Shown here: positions 1-10,314 of the stretch, in pieces
Layout of the letters: the number at the start of each line of letters is the position of its first letter
Position numbering within the stretch: the stretch's first letter is position 1
Origin: Trichomonas gallinae
Lineage: Eukaryota
Assembly: GCA_008369845.1 (NCBI GenBank)
Contig: MRSU01001136.1
Location: 1-36,004, forward strand
DNA length: 36,004 nt
Direction of reading: 5' to 3'
The notes under the pieces: model-generated
What the model was told of the DNA's origin: nothing
What the model saw: only the letters and a program-made list of their open reading frames with translations
Databases searched by the model: none
Translations under genes and position numbers: made by a program

Positions 1-5
1 ATAGT

Positions 6-80
6 ATCTTTAAGGTGTCTATATAATACCTGCAAAGTTTAGGACAATTTCCTAGAGCCCTTCGAAGTTTCCATACCTTT
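6..80. repeat. ~75-bp dispersed repeat, empty copy (reverse complement of 18091-18113 joined to 18550-18601)
   Basis: Manual alignment gives 3 mismatches over positions 6-80. It has a single CCCTTCGAAG at 58-67, which is duplicated in the other copy. It may extend beyond the left edge of the window. Confidence 0.92.
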
Positions 81-138
81 TATTATACATAAATACTATA
101 CAAATTTTAATATGCTAACACAAATAATATATAATAGA

Positions 139-3100
139 TTAAATTTTTGTCCCATTAATTGTGAATTCATCGATATTTTGGGAATTATTATACACACGTA
201 AAATCATTACGTGGCGCATGAAAACCATTGATTGAGCACCTTCATATGCGATTATACTAAGTATTTTGCCTGTCGCAAGATTCCAAATAATGATACAGTC
301 CTTAAATGCTGTTGCACACACCATGAAACGAAGTGAAATTGCTGAGTGAAGGCAACCTAGTCTGTTGAAGAAAGATAATGGCTGCATTGTTTGCAATACA
401 AATGCAAATACTTTGTTTGTGAAAGTAATAGCAAAAGCAAGACCATCACTGCAATAATGATGCAATTGCGGATTAGATATCTTAATGATATAATCGTCAA
501 TTATTATTTCTTCTTTTTCTTGATTAATTTTAATTTCTGTTTCGGAGATTTCATTCAAATCAACTGGATCATTTCCGAGATCTTTGAACTTTGACGTAAA
601 TATTTGCTTTGGAACACAACCTGAATTGTATCTCCATTCGAGCTGATTGTCATCATAAGAATTCGGATGGAAAACATTAAACTTGGCTAAAGCATTGGGT
701 CCACGGGAATCAACACCAAAAACTAAATCAATCCAAGAATTAATATTTTGAATTCTGCATTCTAAATTGATTCTGTTCCATTGGACGAAACCAAAGCTAC
801 TAGAAATCATAGGAGGGAACTTTGTCTCGATTAATTCTCCATTAATCTTGAGATTATTTTTATTTTCAAGAAACTCTGAAAATGAATACATTTCTGGAAT
901 CGCTTCATACACGGTTTTAGTTGTTACGTTAATTTGGCTTTCAATATCAACGAAAATACGAGATAAAGCATCCCATCCACCATTTAACAGAAATTCAGCT
1001 TCAACGAATGGTGGATAACGGAACAATGATGCCGCAATAAATTGTGGATTCGATAAATTCTCTGCATGATGATAATTTTGATAATTATATCTCATCTCCA
1101 AAAGTTCTTTAGATTTCTCATAATCACAGGCAAGCTGTATTGGAATCGATAAATCTCGTTGTGTGATACTTGTCGCATTCATAGAAACTCTTGGAAAAAT
1201 TGGATATGAAGTCATATCGGAATATGACCTTTCTGCTGCAATATTGATGGTATTTAAGAGCTCTAGAACCGAAACCTCTCTTTTTAGAGCCTTTTCGATG
1301 AAAACTGAGACATCATAAGTTGATCCTTCAATTAAAGTTGAGCCTTCCAAAAATTCAACAATGAAATTGCCAGAATTCCTTGAAAAGATTTGAACGCCGC
1401 GATGATATTGCAAAAATATGGAATTTTCAGGATCAACAATTAAACAAGGATGACTGCATATCATAGTATATGGGCCAAAATCACCATCAATAGCAAACTC
1501 TCGGATTTGATTGTATTCGATATTATCGTTAAGAAATGCTAAAAAATTAAATTCGAATCTTGAATTCAAGAGAATATAATAAAATTTTCCGTCCATGAAA
1601 ATTGTGGACTGAATATGTGCGAATGAACTCGTAAAAACACAATTTGAATATGATTTAAGAGAATATAAATCTTTGATGGTTGTTATTACGTCATTCGTGT
1701 ATGAAATGGCATATTTATGGGGACCAAAGAAATATTTTGGTTTTGCTCCCATGAATATATATTGATCATAAAGATTTTCAGATGAATTCTGTTTTTCGTG
1801 TGTTTCTTTAGTGGGATCGTGTATTTCAAGTTCACTCGGCAAAAGAACTGATGGAGTGACAGAAATATTGTGAAAATGTGAAATTCGAAATGATTTAGTT
1901 TTTTCTTTGAATATTTCGTAAGTCATTGATTGAGAATTAATAACTCGACGAGTAATATCTATAAATGAGTCTACCATCTCTTCTTTTCTAATATGATCAT
2001 CAATTTTGTAAAACAAGAAATTTTGAAGCTTGCGATGGACAACAATATTCCTGGCAAAGAAAGTAAACAAAGACGCCTTTGTTTGTATCATATTTTCTTC
2101 TGTTATCTGATAAATATATTGATTGCAGAAATCATTGAAAAACTCAACATTTCTCCTATAAACATCGTCAAGTTCGTTTAAAAGTTCTGATGATTTGTTG
2201 AAATCCTGAATTGATTCGGTTTGAAGTATTTCAATGCAAAGAGGAATTGCAAATCTTTTAGCGAGACTTTTCACTTTCAAGAAGAATACGTTGATGAAAG
2301 GTATTTCAAGAGGAATGTCAATTCTCAATAATCTCACTAAAATATAAAGTGCGAATTTGTATTTCGTAACATCTTTAACGACAAAGGCTTTTGATATTAT
2401 TTCTAAGAATGCTTCAATATATTCAGGACTCATTTGATTCATTTGCAATAAAAACCAATGCACGTAATTTTGATTTTTTTCGACTTCATTTTGGAAAATT
2501 GGCAGGACAGAGCTATATAAGTTACCTTGTTCATATATTTCTGGTCTTTTAATGCTCAGATAAATTAATGCGCGCGAAATTATTTTTGAAAACTCAGAGC
2601 TGATGTGTTTGTTATGGAAATGAAACAGTATATTATGAATAGTATAGAATATTACTGTGGAATGACCATATTGGCACAGGATTTTCAAAAATTGTTCCGA
2701 ATTTTCGTTATTTAACACAATTTTCGATATTAAAAAGGTTATTTTCAATGTCTTTTCATGATTAAATAGCATATTTGGCTGCTTGCTCGTTAATTTGATT
2801 TGTTCAATAAATTTTGGAAAGGAATGCTCAATTTTTCGCAGTAATTCTGCTTCTTCATGAGGTAATGAAAACGATGGATATTTGCTTTGATCTGTATTTA
2901 CATCCGAAATAATGAAATCTAAAAAATATGGAAGAAACTTTGATTGGATGTATATCTCTGGTACATCTAGGACTAACTGTGTAATAGTATCTAGAACAGA
3001 ATCGAAAAATTCCGAAATCGCATCAGAAAAATAAAATGGAATCAGCATCTCAAGAATTAATGAGATATACAATGGTTTCAAGACCTGCAGCTTAATATGC

Positions 3101-4059
3101 CTCTGATCGAAAGAAAACTTAATACCAGACACCAATCTAATGACAACTTCCCACATTATCGCATCAAATGCGTAATTTCTAAATCCTCGAGCTAAAACAC
3201 TCAGCATCTTTAGTGGCTGCTCGTCGTCATATAAATGTTCAATGAGTTGATATGAAAACATCTTTGAAACTAAAGGATCAGCAAAATACGTGAATTGAAG
3301 TAAGATATTTGCAGGAATTAGCTGAAGAGAGCCTTTTGACTCGAAAACAAGCTTAAACAAGTTGTGCTTGTCTTGGATCCTGTTTTCAGTCCTTAAAAAG
3401 CTTTCTATAATTTCATCAATCGAATTTTTTGGTGAAAATGATTCTGATATCAAAATTATGTCTATAATGTCACTATACATATCTGGAGTTGAGTAAATTG
3501 ACAAAATGAAAGAGATTAGTCGTATTATTGACTCTGCGAAAGAATCATTGAAAAAACACGCGATTAACAAGAATTTGATAAGCTGATTTGATTCTATGCA
3601 CTTAAAATCAATCCTTTCAGTATTGCTTGACAGAAAATCTCGAATTTTTAATATTGATGAAGAAACAAAGTTTGTATCCAACGACCAATAGTCTAAATTA
3701 GAAAATAGAGTGACGAAAGCTTCTGTAAAATTATACTTATCCGTGATTTGATCAATAAAAGTTAATAAAATCGGAAAATTTTCATTGAGTTGCTGAGTAT
3801 TATATTTCACAAAGCTATGTACTACTAAATAGACCAAATTATGTATGTTTGCACATTCTAATGTGAAAAATTTTGAGAATAATATAAGCGATGGTTTTGA
3901 ATCGTGTTCAAACAGCTCTACAACTAGGTTCAAACTTTGCTGCTTCTCTATTAGTGATAGTTGGTCGTATGTTTTTGCAATATCACATATCATCGTCCGT
4001 GGACAATGAAAATATTGCATCTTGATTTCGCAGATTTTGACATGTAACAAAAATTTCAT
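139..4059 (-). CDS. Beige/BEACH domain protein (divergent), with a short WD40-like C-terminus
   Basis: BEACH motifs occur in order: INIAAERSYSDMTSYPIFP, RDLSIPI, LSNP, GGWDALSRIF, EAIPEMY, NRINLE, INSWIDLVFG, NVFHPNSY, GCVPKQIF. The start codon is uncertain. Confidence 0.88.
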   Translation of the reverse strand: MKFLLHVKICEIKMQYFHCPRTMICDIAKTYDQLSLIEKQQSLNLVVELFEHDSKPSLILFSKFFTLECANIHNLVYLVVHSFVKYNTQQLNENFPILLTFIDQITDKYNFTEAFVTLFSNLDYWSLDTNFVSSSILKIRDFLSSNTERIDFKCIESNQLIKFLLIACFFNDSFAESIIRLISFILSIYSTPDMYSDIIDIILISESFSPKNSIDEIIESFLRTENRIQDKHNLFKLVFESKGSLQLIPANILLQFTYFADPLVSKMFSYQLIEHLYDDEQPLKMLSVLARGFRNYAFDAIMWEVVIRLVSGIKFSFDQRHIKLQVLKPLYISLILEMLIPFYFSDAISEFFDSVLDTITQLVLDVPEIYIQSKFLPYFLDFIISDVNTDQSKYPSFSLPHEEAELLRKIEHSFPKFIEQIKLTSKQPNMLFNHEKTLKITFLISKIVLNNENSEQFLKILCQYGHSTVIFYTIHNILFHFHNKHISSEFSKIISRALIYLSIKRPEIYEQGNLYSSVLPIFQNEVEKNQNYVHWFLLQMNQMSPEYIEAFLEIISKAFVVKDVTKYKFALYILVRLLRIDIPLEIPFINVFFLKVKSLAKRFAIPLCIEILQTESIQDFNKSSELLNELDDVYRRNVEFFNDFCNQYIYQITEENMIQTKASLFTFFARNIVVHRKLQNFLFYKIDDHIRKEEMVDSFIDITRRVINSQSMTYEIFKEKTKSFRISHFHNISVTPSVLLPSELEIHDPTKETHEKQNSSENLYDQYIFMGAKPKYFFGPHKYAISYTNDVITTIKDLYSLKSYSNCVFTSSFAHIQSTIFMDGKFYYILLNSRFEFNFLAFLNDNIEYNQIREFAIDGDFGPYTMICSHPCLIVDPENSIFLQYHRGVQIFSRNSGNFIVEFLEGSTLIEGSTYDVSVFIEKALKREVSVLELLNTINIAAERSYSDMTSYPIFPRVSMNATSITQRDLSIPIQLACDYEKSKELLEMRYNYQNYHHAENLSNPQFIAASLFRYPPFVEAEFLLNGGWDALSRIFVDIESQINVTTKTVYEAIPEMYSFSEFLENKNNLKINGELIETKFPPMISSSFGFVQWNRINLECRIQNINSWIDLVFGVDSRGPNALAKFNVFHPNSYDDNQLEWRYNSGCVPKQIFTSKFKDLGNDPVDLNEISETEIKINQEKEEIIIDDYIIKISNPQLHHYCSDGLAFAITFTNKVFAFVLQTMQPLSFFNRLGCLHSAISLRFMVCATAFKDCIIIWNLATGKILSIIAYEGAQSMVFMRHVMILRVYNNSQNIDEFTINGTKI

Positions 4060-4107
4060 ATCGACGATATCGTATATTTGTCAAAATCATATTTTACATG
4101 TCAAAAT
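4034..4107. repeat. 14-bp perfect inverted repeat straddling the BEACH ORF start
   Basis: ATTTTGACATGTAA (4034-4047) pairs with TTACATGTCAAAAT (4094-4107) across a 46-nt spacer. Confidence 0.8.
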
Positions 4108-4824
4108 TTTATAGCATCATTCTTATCATTGGCTTTGAATGCTTCTGTAGAATAAGAACAGCTATATATATAGTCCAGAACTTATAAAATCAAATATAAT
4201 TCAAGATAATAGGTTATTACTAGTATTGAATTTCACAAAACTATGTACTACAATTTTGCGATTTCCTAATGACTTTCTTCTGAAGCCCAAATCTGTTCTG
4301 TTGTCATCGTTTTTTGTATTGACATCCAATTTAGTAAGCTTGCAAGTTTGGGACCAATTTTTCTAGATGTGTTTCAATTTTAGCAAAGTATTCTAATGTT
4401 TTAAAAACAAAAGAATAAGAACAGTAATATATTGTTTATAATTTACAAAGAACAAAGCTATTTCATAATATCACTAATTTCAAGTTATAAAATATTTTCA
4501 AGATATGAGTTATCCACTAGATAATATTCACATGCTAGAGCGACTAGATAGCATGTTTATAAGTATATAACAATTCACAGAAGACGATGTAATGAGAAAT
4601 AAAACGATTATTTTCAATTCAAATTATCTGCCGCCGTCACGCCCGTAAAATACATTATTTACGACGTTATTAATTTTCTGAGAAATACGATTATTTATGA
4701 ATTTGAATTGAAAATAATCGTTTTTAACAAAACAAATCTTTGTTATTTATAATATATCCTTTGAATTAGATAGATTTTTCGATGAATAAAATTATGCCAA
4801 ATAAAATTATTTACGTGTCAAATA

Positions 4825-4831
4825 TCATTTT
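4825..4831 (+). promoter_or_regulatory. Trichomonad initiator (Inr)-like element
   Basis: TCATTTT lies immediately upstream of ATG 4833 and fits the TCA(+1)Y(T/A) Inr consensus. Confidence 0.5.
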
Positions 4832-4832
4832 C

Positions 4833-7800
4833 ATGTCAAATCCTGAAATTGATTTGGCATTGTTAACAATAAGAGGGAGTACAACTCCTCCCTGTCATGC
4901 ATTTTATGCAGAAGAGGTGAAGATGAAAGGCTCTCTGTTTGAAAAAACAAAAATAATTGTCCTTGCAGATCAATGCATTGCTTTTGTTAAAAACAATGGC
5001 AAAAAAGTCGAAAAACAATATTCATGGTTCGATTTCAAGAGCTACAAATACGAAAATGAGCAGTTAACAATGATAATTGGTTCTACGACTTATTCGTTAC
5101 TTGTTCCTGAGACATCTGAACTTCCATCCAAGATAGAGGATGTCCTTCAAATGATACTGACACCAGCAGAACTCAATATTATCAATAACACACTAAAATC
5201 AAAGCCAACTCCAAAAAGCGCGTTTTTTCGAGCAAGCACGAAGAACCCAAAGATCTCGAATGAGATAAGCTACATCATACGATTCGGAAAAGACAAAGTT
5301 ACGCTTACACAAGAAAATTTAACGGCATTTATTGCAATAATTCCTCTTTTGACATCCGTTACATGCATAACGATAAAATTACCACTTACATCAGAACAAA
5401 TCAAGGATTTAAACTATTTCTTGTCGTTAGACACAAAAACACAACATCTGCATTTTAATGGACATGTCCCTGCAGAATTCAACGAAATAATGAAGACACT
5501 GTCAATCAACATACACTCATCAATATCATCGCTCGCTTTCACGAATTCGAATTTATCAGAAAAAAATTTGCAATCTTTGTTGACTTTAATCAATGCACAG
5601 TCAATTAAGTCAATAGGCTTTCATGGAGAATTCGCACAACAATACGTTTCTTTCTTTGATAACTTTTTGCCTTCATTATCGAAACAACCGCGTTTTATCA
5701 ACCTTTCACACACTACTGGCGTCAATCTCAGGCCAGTTTACAGTGATAGACTCGTAGTTTTGAGTCTAGAAAGCACAGGAATTGAAATTAGCACGATTTT
5801 TGAATCAATTTCATTAAATCACAAACAGTTGACGAGTTTGAGGATGATAAACGTAAGTTACAACACATGCAACAATAGAGTAGATCATAACATGACTTTG
5901 CCAAGCGGAATTCGTTCAGTATTTGCTGATTTTATTCAATGGAAAGGATTCCACATGAGATCATTCTTCGAATTACTCTTCAATAACTTCACCACACAAA
6001 TAAAGCTCTCGTTCAAGCATCAATCAGCTCCAAAAGGAGATTGGCAACAAATCACAGATTTATTCAGCGTAACATCATTCACAAACTTCGCAGGACTCAA
6101 CTGGTCAGGGAACCCAGTCAATCTTTCCTTCATTTCCTTTTTGTCGAGAAACAGAGGATTGACATATTTAGATGTTTCTGATTGTTTCTCTGATTCTCGT
6201 CCAAACAAAATCAAACTTCTCGGAAACTTCCTTGAAGCAGCAAATTCACTCAAAGTCCTCATAATGAGAGGAAATCAGGCAGCAAAAATCGGAAAAATGT
6301 TCGGTTTTGTTCTGCAGGCAGCAATTCGCAATCAGATACCTATAATAGATCTCGCATTCAACTACGGAGGCGATGAAGCCTACAAGCAGCTTGAATTGAC
6401 AACTAAAAACGTAGAATTTCCTGTGAAAATCAATTTCGATGGCGCGCATCCAACAAAGCCGCAAGTAATCCTCGACTACATCAACTGCATCTACAAGGAC
6501 AGCAACTCCAAAGTGAGGATGTCTTTTCCTAAGTCAGATCTCGAATTATTCTGCGGAAAAAGTTTGCCGAAAGTCGAATACAAAAACGTCATGAAAATGT
6601 TTGCAATAATGAACTCTACAACGCCATATGATCACAACCCATTCCACGTCCCTTACACTATATTCCACATGAAGCTAAAAGAGGAATTTCCTGAGTTCAT
6701 TTCGAACGAAAACATCGGACAACTTCTGAGAACGAATCCGACATCAATCAGACCTTCTGCTGTTATAGAGAGGCAACCGATCAACACGAGCAGGAAAACA
6801 CCGCATTTCTCTGTCGACACGATGCTGTTCACTATGTCTCCTAAGCCAAACGACGCAAAAAGAGGAAGATCAACGTCACCTACTGATGACAAAGTTGAGC
6901 AAAGATATTCACAGAGATCGAATTCGTTTAAACCAAGCGAAAGAATTGTCTTGGATTTGAATAATGAGCCAGAACAAGAGGAAATTGAAGAACAGGTTCC
7001 TCTGTTCAGATCTCGTTCAAGATCTTTCTTCCCAGACGATAAACCAAAACCGTTTGTCATCAACATCGAAGAAACAAAACCTAAGCATCACAGAAATCAT
7101 TCAGACGTCAGATCTAAAACACCACCGAGATCTCCAAGAAGCGAGTCAAGATCAACAACACCATCAAGATCTCCAAGACATGAATCAAGATCTTTAACAC
7201 CACCAAAATCTCCTAGGAATGAACCTAAAAATAATTCATTCGTCAAAAATAATAAAAGCGACATTAGATCAAAGACTCCTCCCAAGGATGAAATTAAGAA
7301 TAACAAAAGCGACATTAGATCAAAGACTCCTCCCAAGGATGAAATTAAGAATAATAAAAGCGATATTAGATCAAAGACTCCTCCCAAGGATGAAATTAAG
7401 AATAACAAAAGCGACATTAGATCAAAGACTCCTCCCAAAGAAGAGATTAAAAATAACAAAAGCGACATGAGAATGAAAACTCCACCAAAAGAAGTCACAA
7501 GGCATAGATCGAAGAGGCGTCATACATTTGATGTTGAAGATTTCGAAGAAAAGTCTGATATTCAGAATAAGGATGAATTAAATATGACATTGAGTGATGG
7601 AGAAAGATTGAAAGAATCCATGAGGAAAGAAACAGACGAATTATTCAAAGAAATCAAAGCAACACAACTGAGAAAGAAGAAGAAGAAAGTCGCACCAAAA
7701 GTAATGACAATGGATCCAGCAGAGCCAGTCAAAAGAAGGTCGCAGTCAGAGAAAAAGAAGAGAAGGAATGTCATTGAAGAAAAAAGCGATGTATCTGTAA

Positions 7801-8411
7801 AAGTTGATGTTGCCGTTGAAGCGAAACCAAAGAAAAAGAGGAGATCGCCAGCAAAGACTATGATACCTGATGAACCACAAACACCTGAAATTCCGGTCAA
7901 AAAGAAAATCAAAAAGCGGAAAATCCCGCAGACTCTTCAAGGCGAAGATATTGATATTAATTTCGACTTCGAAAACGAGCAGTCGCCGCCAAAAGCCGCC
8001 AAAGAGAGACGCTCGCAGTCTGTTAAGCGCCGCAGAGTTCACAAGACCATTTTTGTCGGCAAGAATGAAGACGAGTTGATGGAAGAAGCATGTGATTCGC
8101 TTTTAGATGAATATGTTCCTAAATTCTTAATGAAAGCTGATCAAAATGAAAACAATAAACACATATCGAAAGTCAGGTCCAAGCTGCGTGATATTAAGCC
8201 AATTTCGTTGGTTTCTAGTGGAGATATAGTTTATGACGACAAGAAGAAGAAAAAGAAGAAGAAAATCGATTCGAAGTGGAAATTCCCTGCAATACAGATA
8301 TATCCACCCAATCCATCAATATGGGATGACTTAGATTCTGAGTTTTCTCTCAAGAAAATGGTTGAAGAATTGAAAGATTCGCCAAAAAAAGGAAGTCAAA
8401 GGAGATATTAA
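4833..8411 (+). CDS. Leucine-rich repeat protein (CARMIL-like PH + RNI-type LRR N-terminus) with a long disordered basic/SP-rich tail
   Basis: The ORF is open from 4782, but ATG 4833 follows an Inr. A PH-like N-terminus precedes LRR motifs (LRMINVSYN, GLNWSGNPV, LTYLDVSDC, LKVLIMRGN, IIDLAFNYGGD) and a K/R-rich tail. Confidence 0.7.
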   Translation: MSNPEIDLALLTIRGSTTPPCHAFYAEEVKMKGSLFEKTKIIVLADQCIAFVKNNGKKVEKQYSWFDFKSYKYENEQLTMIIGSTTYSLLVPETSELPSKIEDVLQMILTPAELNIINNTLKSKPTPKSAFFRASTKNPKISNEISYIIRFGKDKVTLTQENLTAFIAIIPLLTSVTCITIKLPLTSEQIKDLNYFLSLDTKTQHLHFNGHVPAEFNEIMKTLSINIHSSISSLAFTNSNLSEKNLQSLLTLINAQSIKSIGFHGEFAQQYVSFFDNFLPSLSKQPRFINLSHTTGVNLRPVYSDRLVVLSLESTGIEISTIFESISLNHKQLTSLRMINVSYNTCNNRVDHNMTLPSGIRSVFADFIQWKGFHMRSFFELLFNNFTTQIKLSFKHQSAPKGDWQQITDLFSVTSFTNFAGLNWSGNPVNLSFISFLSRNRGLTYLDVSDCFSDSRPNKIKLLGNFLEAANSLKVLIMRGNQAAKIGKMFGFVLQAAIRNQIPIIDLAFNYGGDEAYKQLELTTKNVEFPVKINFDGAHPTKPQVILDYINCIYKDSNSKVRMSFPKSDLELFCGKSLPKVEYKNVMKMFAIMNSTTPYDHNPFHVPYTIFHMKLKEEFPEFISNENIGQLLRTNPTSIRPSAVIERQPINTSRKTPHFSVDTMLFTMSPKPNDAKRGRSTSPTDDKVEQRYSQRSNSFKPSERIVLDLNNEPEQEEIEEQVPLFRSRSRSFFPDDKPKPFVINIEETKPKHHRNHSDVRSKTPPRSPRSESRSTTPSRSPRHESRSLTPPKSPRNEPKNNSFVKNNKSDIRSKTPPKDEIKNNKSDIRSKTPPKDEIKNNKSDIRSKTPPKDEIKNNKSDIRSKTPPKEEIKNNKSDMRMKTPPKEVTRHRSKRRHTFDVEDFEEKSDIQNKDELNMTLSDGERLKESMRKETDELFKEIKATQLRKKKKKVAPKVMTMDPAEPVKRRSQSEKKKRRNVIEEKSDVSVKVDVAVEAKPKKKRRSPAKTMIPDEPQTPEIPVKKKIKKRKIPQTLQGEDIDINFDFENEQSPPKAAKERRSQSVKRRRVHKTIFVGKNEDELMEEACDSLLDEYVPKFLMKADQNENNKHISKVRSKLRDIKPISLVSSGDIVYDDKKKKKKKKIDSKWKFPAIQIYPPNPSIWDDLDSEFSLKKMVEELKDSPKKGSQRRY
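7245..7493 (+). repeat. Coding tandem repeat, 51-bp unit (KNNKSDIRSKTPPKDEI), about 5 copies
   Basis: Near-identical units of aa(t)aa(c/t)aaaagcgacattagatcaaagactcctcccaaggatgaaattaag; the last copy is degenerate. Confidence 0.95.
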
Positions 8412-8718
8412 TTAAATAATTTTATTTTGTTTGTTAAATGCTTATATTTTGCAACCAGTACTATTCATTGACAAAGATTTTCGTGAAATTTCATATCTAT
8501 GTCAATCAGAATCGTTTCAATATCATTTCTAATTTTTTAATATATGGTTTCATAGATAAATAGTCAATAAATGAAAAATCTGTCAATTTAGCTCAATTTT
8601 TCTCATAAAAATATATGGGAAAATGACAATTTAATTTCGAAAATTAATTTTTTATCGATAACATATCAATTAGGTAGAATAATTTAATTATAAAATGCAA
8701 TATAAATATATTTATAAA

Positions 8719-8725
8719 TCATTTT
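8719..8725 (+). promoter_or_regulatory. Inr-like element
   Basis: TCATTTT about 20 nt upstream of ATG 8743. Confidence 0.45.
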
Positions 8726-8742
8726 AGTTGATTGTTTATTAA

Positions 8743-10314
8743 ATGGATATTGATTATAAAGAAAGTTCGAATTCACAAAACAAGTCAGATAGTATTGAAA
8801 ACAATGAAGAAAATGATATAATACCAGCTGAAACAGCTTCGTATTTAGAGAATTCATTGAATTCGATTCAAAATTTCATCCAATATCAACAATATCAAAA
8901 AATCAATACTCTCATTGAATCGCTTATACAAATATATAATATATACAATCAACAACTCATCGAAATACTCGAAGAATTTGGATTTTTGAATCAAATTTCT
9001 GTATATTTATTAGAAATCCCAGATAATACACTTGAAAATATACTACAATTCTACTCATCCATCGTGTATAACAACAAAGACAACATAAAACGCGTTTTTT
9101 CACAAAATTTTTACCAAAATCTTGGTATTATTATTAAAACATCGGAAAATACACAAATATTAGACTTATCTACATCATTGTTATCTTCTGCAATCCAAAA
9201 CTCAATCGAAATCATTGATACACATTTTGTTGACTATATGTTCTTATTATTCGACCGAATTGATTATTCTAGATACAACAAAGAGACATATGATAAATCA
9301 ATAATGAAAAACAGGATAAATTTCGAATCTATGGAAATAATTAATGATTTTACACTTGAAAAACCAATAGAAATGGCAGAAACAAATGAAGAAGCAGAAG
9401 AAGATGAATATATCCCATATATTAATAATCAATTTATAACTTTAGACAAATTAGCAATTGAACAAAGTAATATAACTAATTTATTGATCAATATGTTCAA
9501 TTGCTTCATTAGTTTAACAACGTATCCATATTTAAAGAAGACTCAATATTGGAGCTCAATTTGTTCAATTTGTGTTAAATTTCATGATTATTTTGTATAT
9601 GATGTTAGATTAGTAGTATATAAGACTTTATTAAGTGTGTCACTAAAATCTCCTGAACAAGTTTACGAAATATTAATTACAAAATCGAAATTCGTGAAAT
9701 ATATAATAAAATATTCATGCATTGGAACTAATATGGATATTTTAAACGATATCATCATAGTTTTATTGCAAATAACTAAAGTTAGCAATAATTCATTTAA
9801 AAAAAAGCTAATTAAACGAAATATCATCGATTGTATACAATCATCATTAGCAAAAGAGATAAATATTGATGCTTGCGTTGAGTTATCAAGCAAGTTAATT
9901 GGTGTTTCAGATGAAATTACGAAATTATTTTTTGACAGAGAAATTATTCAACACATTATTAGTATTGCAAGCTCATTCATCAGTTTCAAGTCAAAATGTC
10001 TGTTTACTGAACTTTTTGCTCGAATTCACAAAAACACACCTTATGAAATCCTGCAGCAACATTTTTCGAATCGAAACATGCTCGAAGACATGGCAAACAC
10101 AGTCAATGCTCTGCCTGTTGCTGTAGCTCGGAGAGTATTGTATAACTTTTGTAAGCTATTGACAGGTCTTCATGATATTCCATCAAATCCTTTTGCAGTT
10201 GTTGCAGCAAACGTTTTTGTTGAATTCGATGAATCAGATTTTGGAAATTTAATGGATGACGAAAAATTTGTACTTCAATTCGACAGATTTTATGGAATTC
10301 TTCATCCAAATTAG
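8743..10314 (+). CDS. Hypothetical protein, probably alpha-helical repeat (ARM/HEAT-like)
   Basis: A 523-aa ORF in very AT-rich DNA is unlikely by chance. It has amphipathic I/L-rich helices and an acidic N-terminus. The fold call is inference. Confidence 0.65.
   Translation: MDIDYKESSNSQNKSDSIENNEENDIIPAETASYLENSLNSIQNFIQYQQYQKINTLIESLIQIYNIYNQQLIEILEEFGFLNQISVYLLEIPDNTLENILQFYSSIVYNNKDNIKRVFSQNFYQNLGIIIKTSENTQILDLSTSLLSSAIQNSIEIIDTHFVDYMFLLFDRIDYSRYNKETYDKSIMKNRINFESMEIINDFTLEKPIEMAETNEEAEEDEYIPYINNQFITLDKLAIEQSNITNLLINMFNCFISLTTYPYLKKTQYWSSICSICVKFHDYFVYDVRLVVYKTLLSVSLKSPEQVYEILITKSKFVKYIIKYSCIGTNMDILNDIIIVLLQITKVSNNSFKKKLIKRNIIDCIQSSLAKEINIDACVELSSKLIGVSDEITKLFFDREIIQHIISIASSFISFKSKCLFTELFARIHKNTPYEILQQHFSNRNMLEDMANTVNALPVAVARRVLYNFCKLLTGLHDIPSNPFAVVAANVFVEFDESDFGNLMDDEKFVLQFDRFYGILHPN

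Noticed and set aside
7245..7493. CRISPR-like array
   Set aside because: The units are head-to-tail and in frame with no unique spacers, in a eukaryotic CDS.
6020..8079. Short antisense or alternate-frame ORFs (also those within MFS, SMC5, DOCK and the Ubl-Myb gene)
   Set aside because: They are shadows of real CDS codon bias or of the tandem repeat, with no recognisable motifs.
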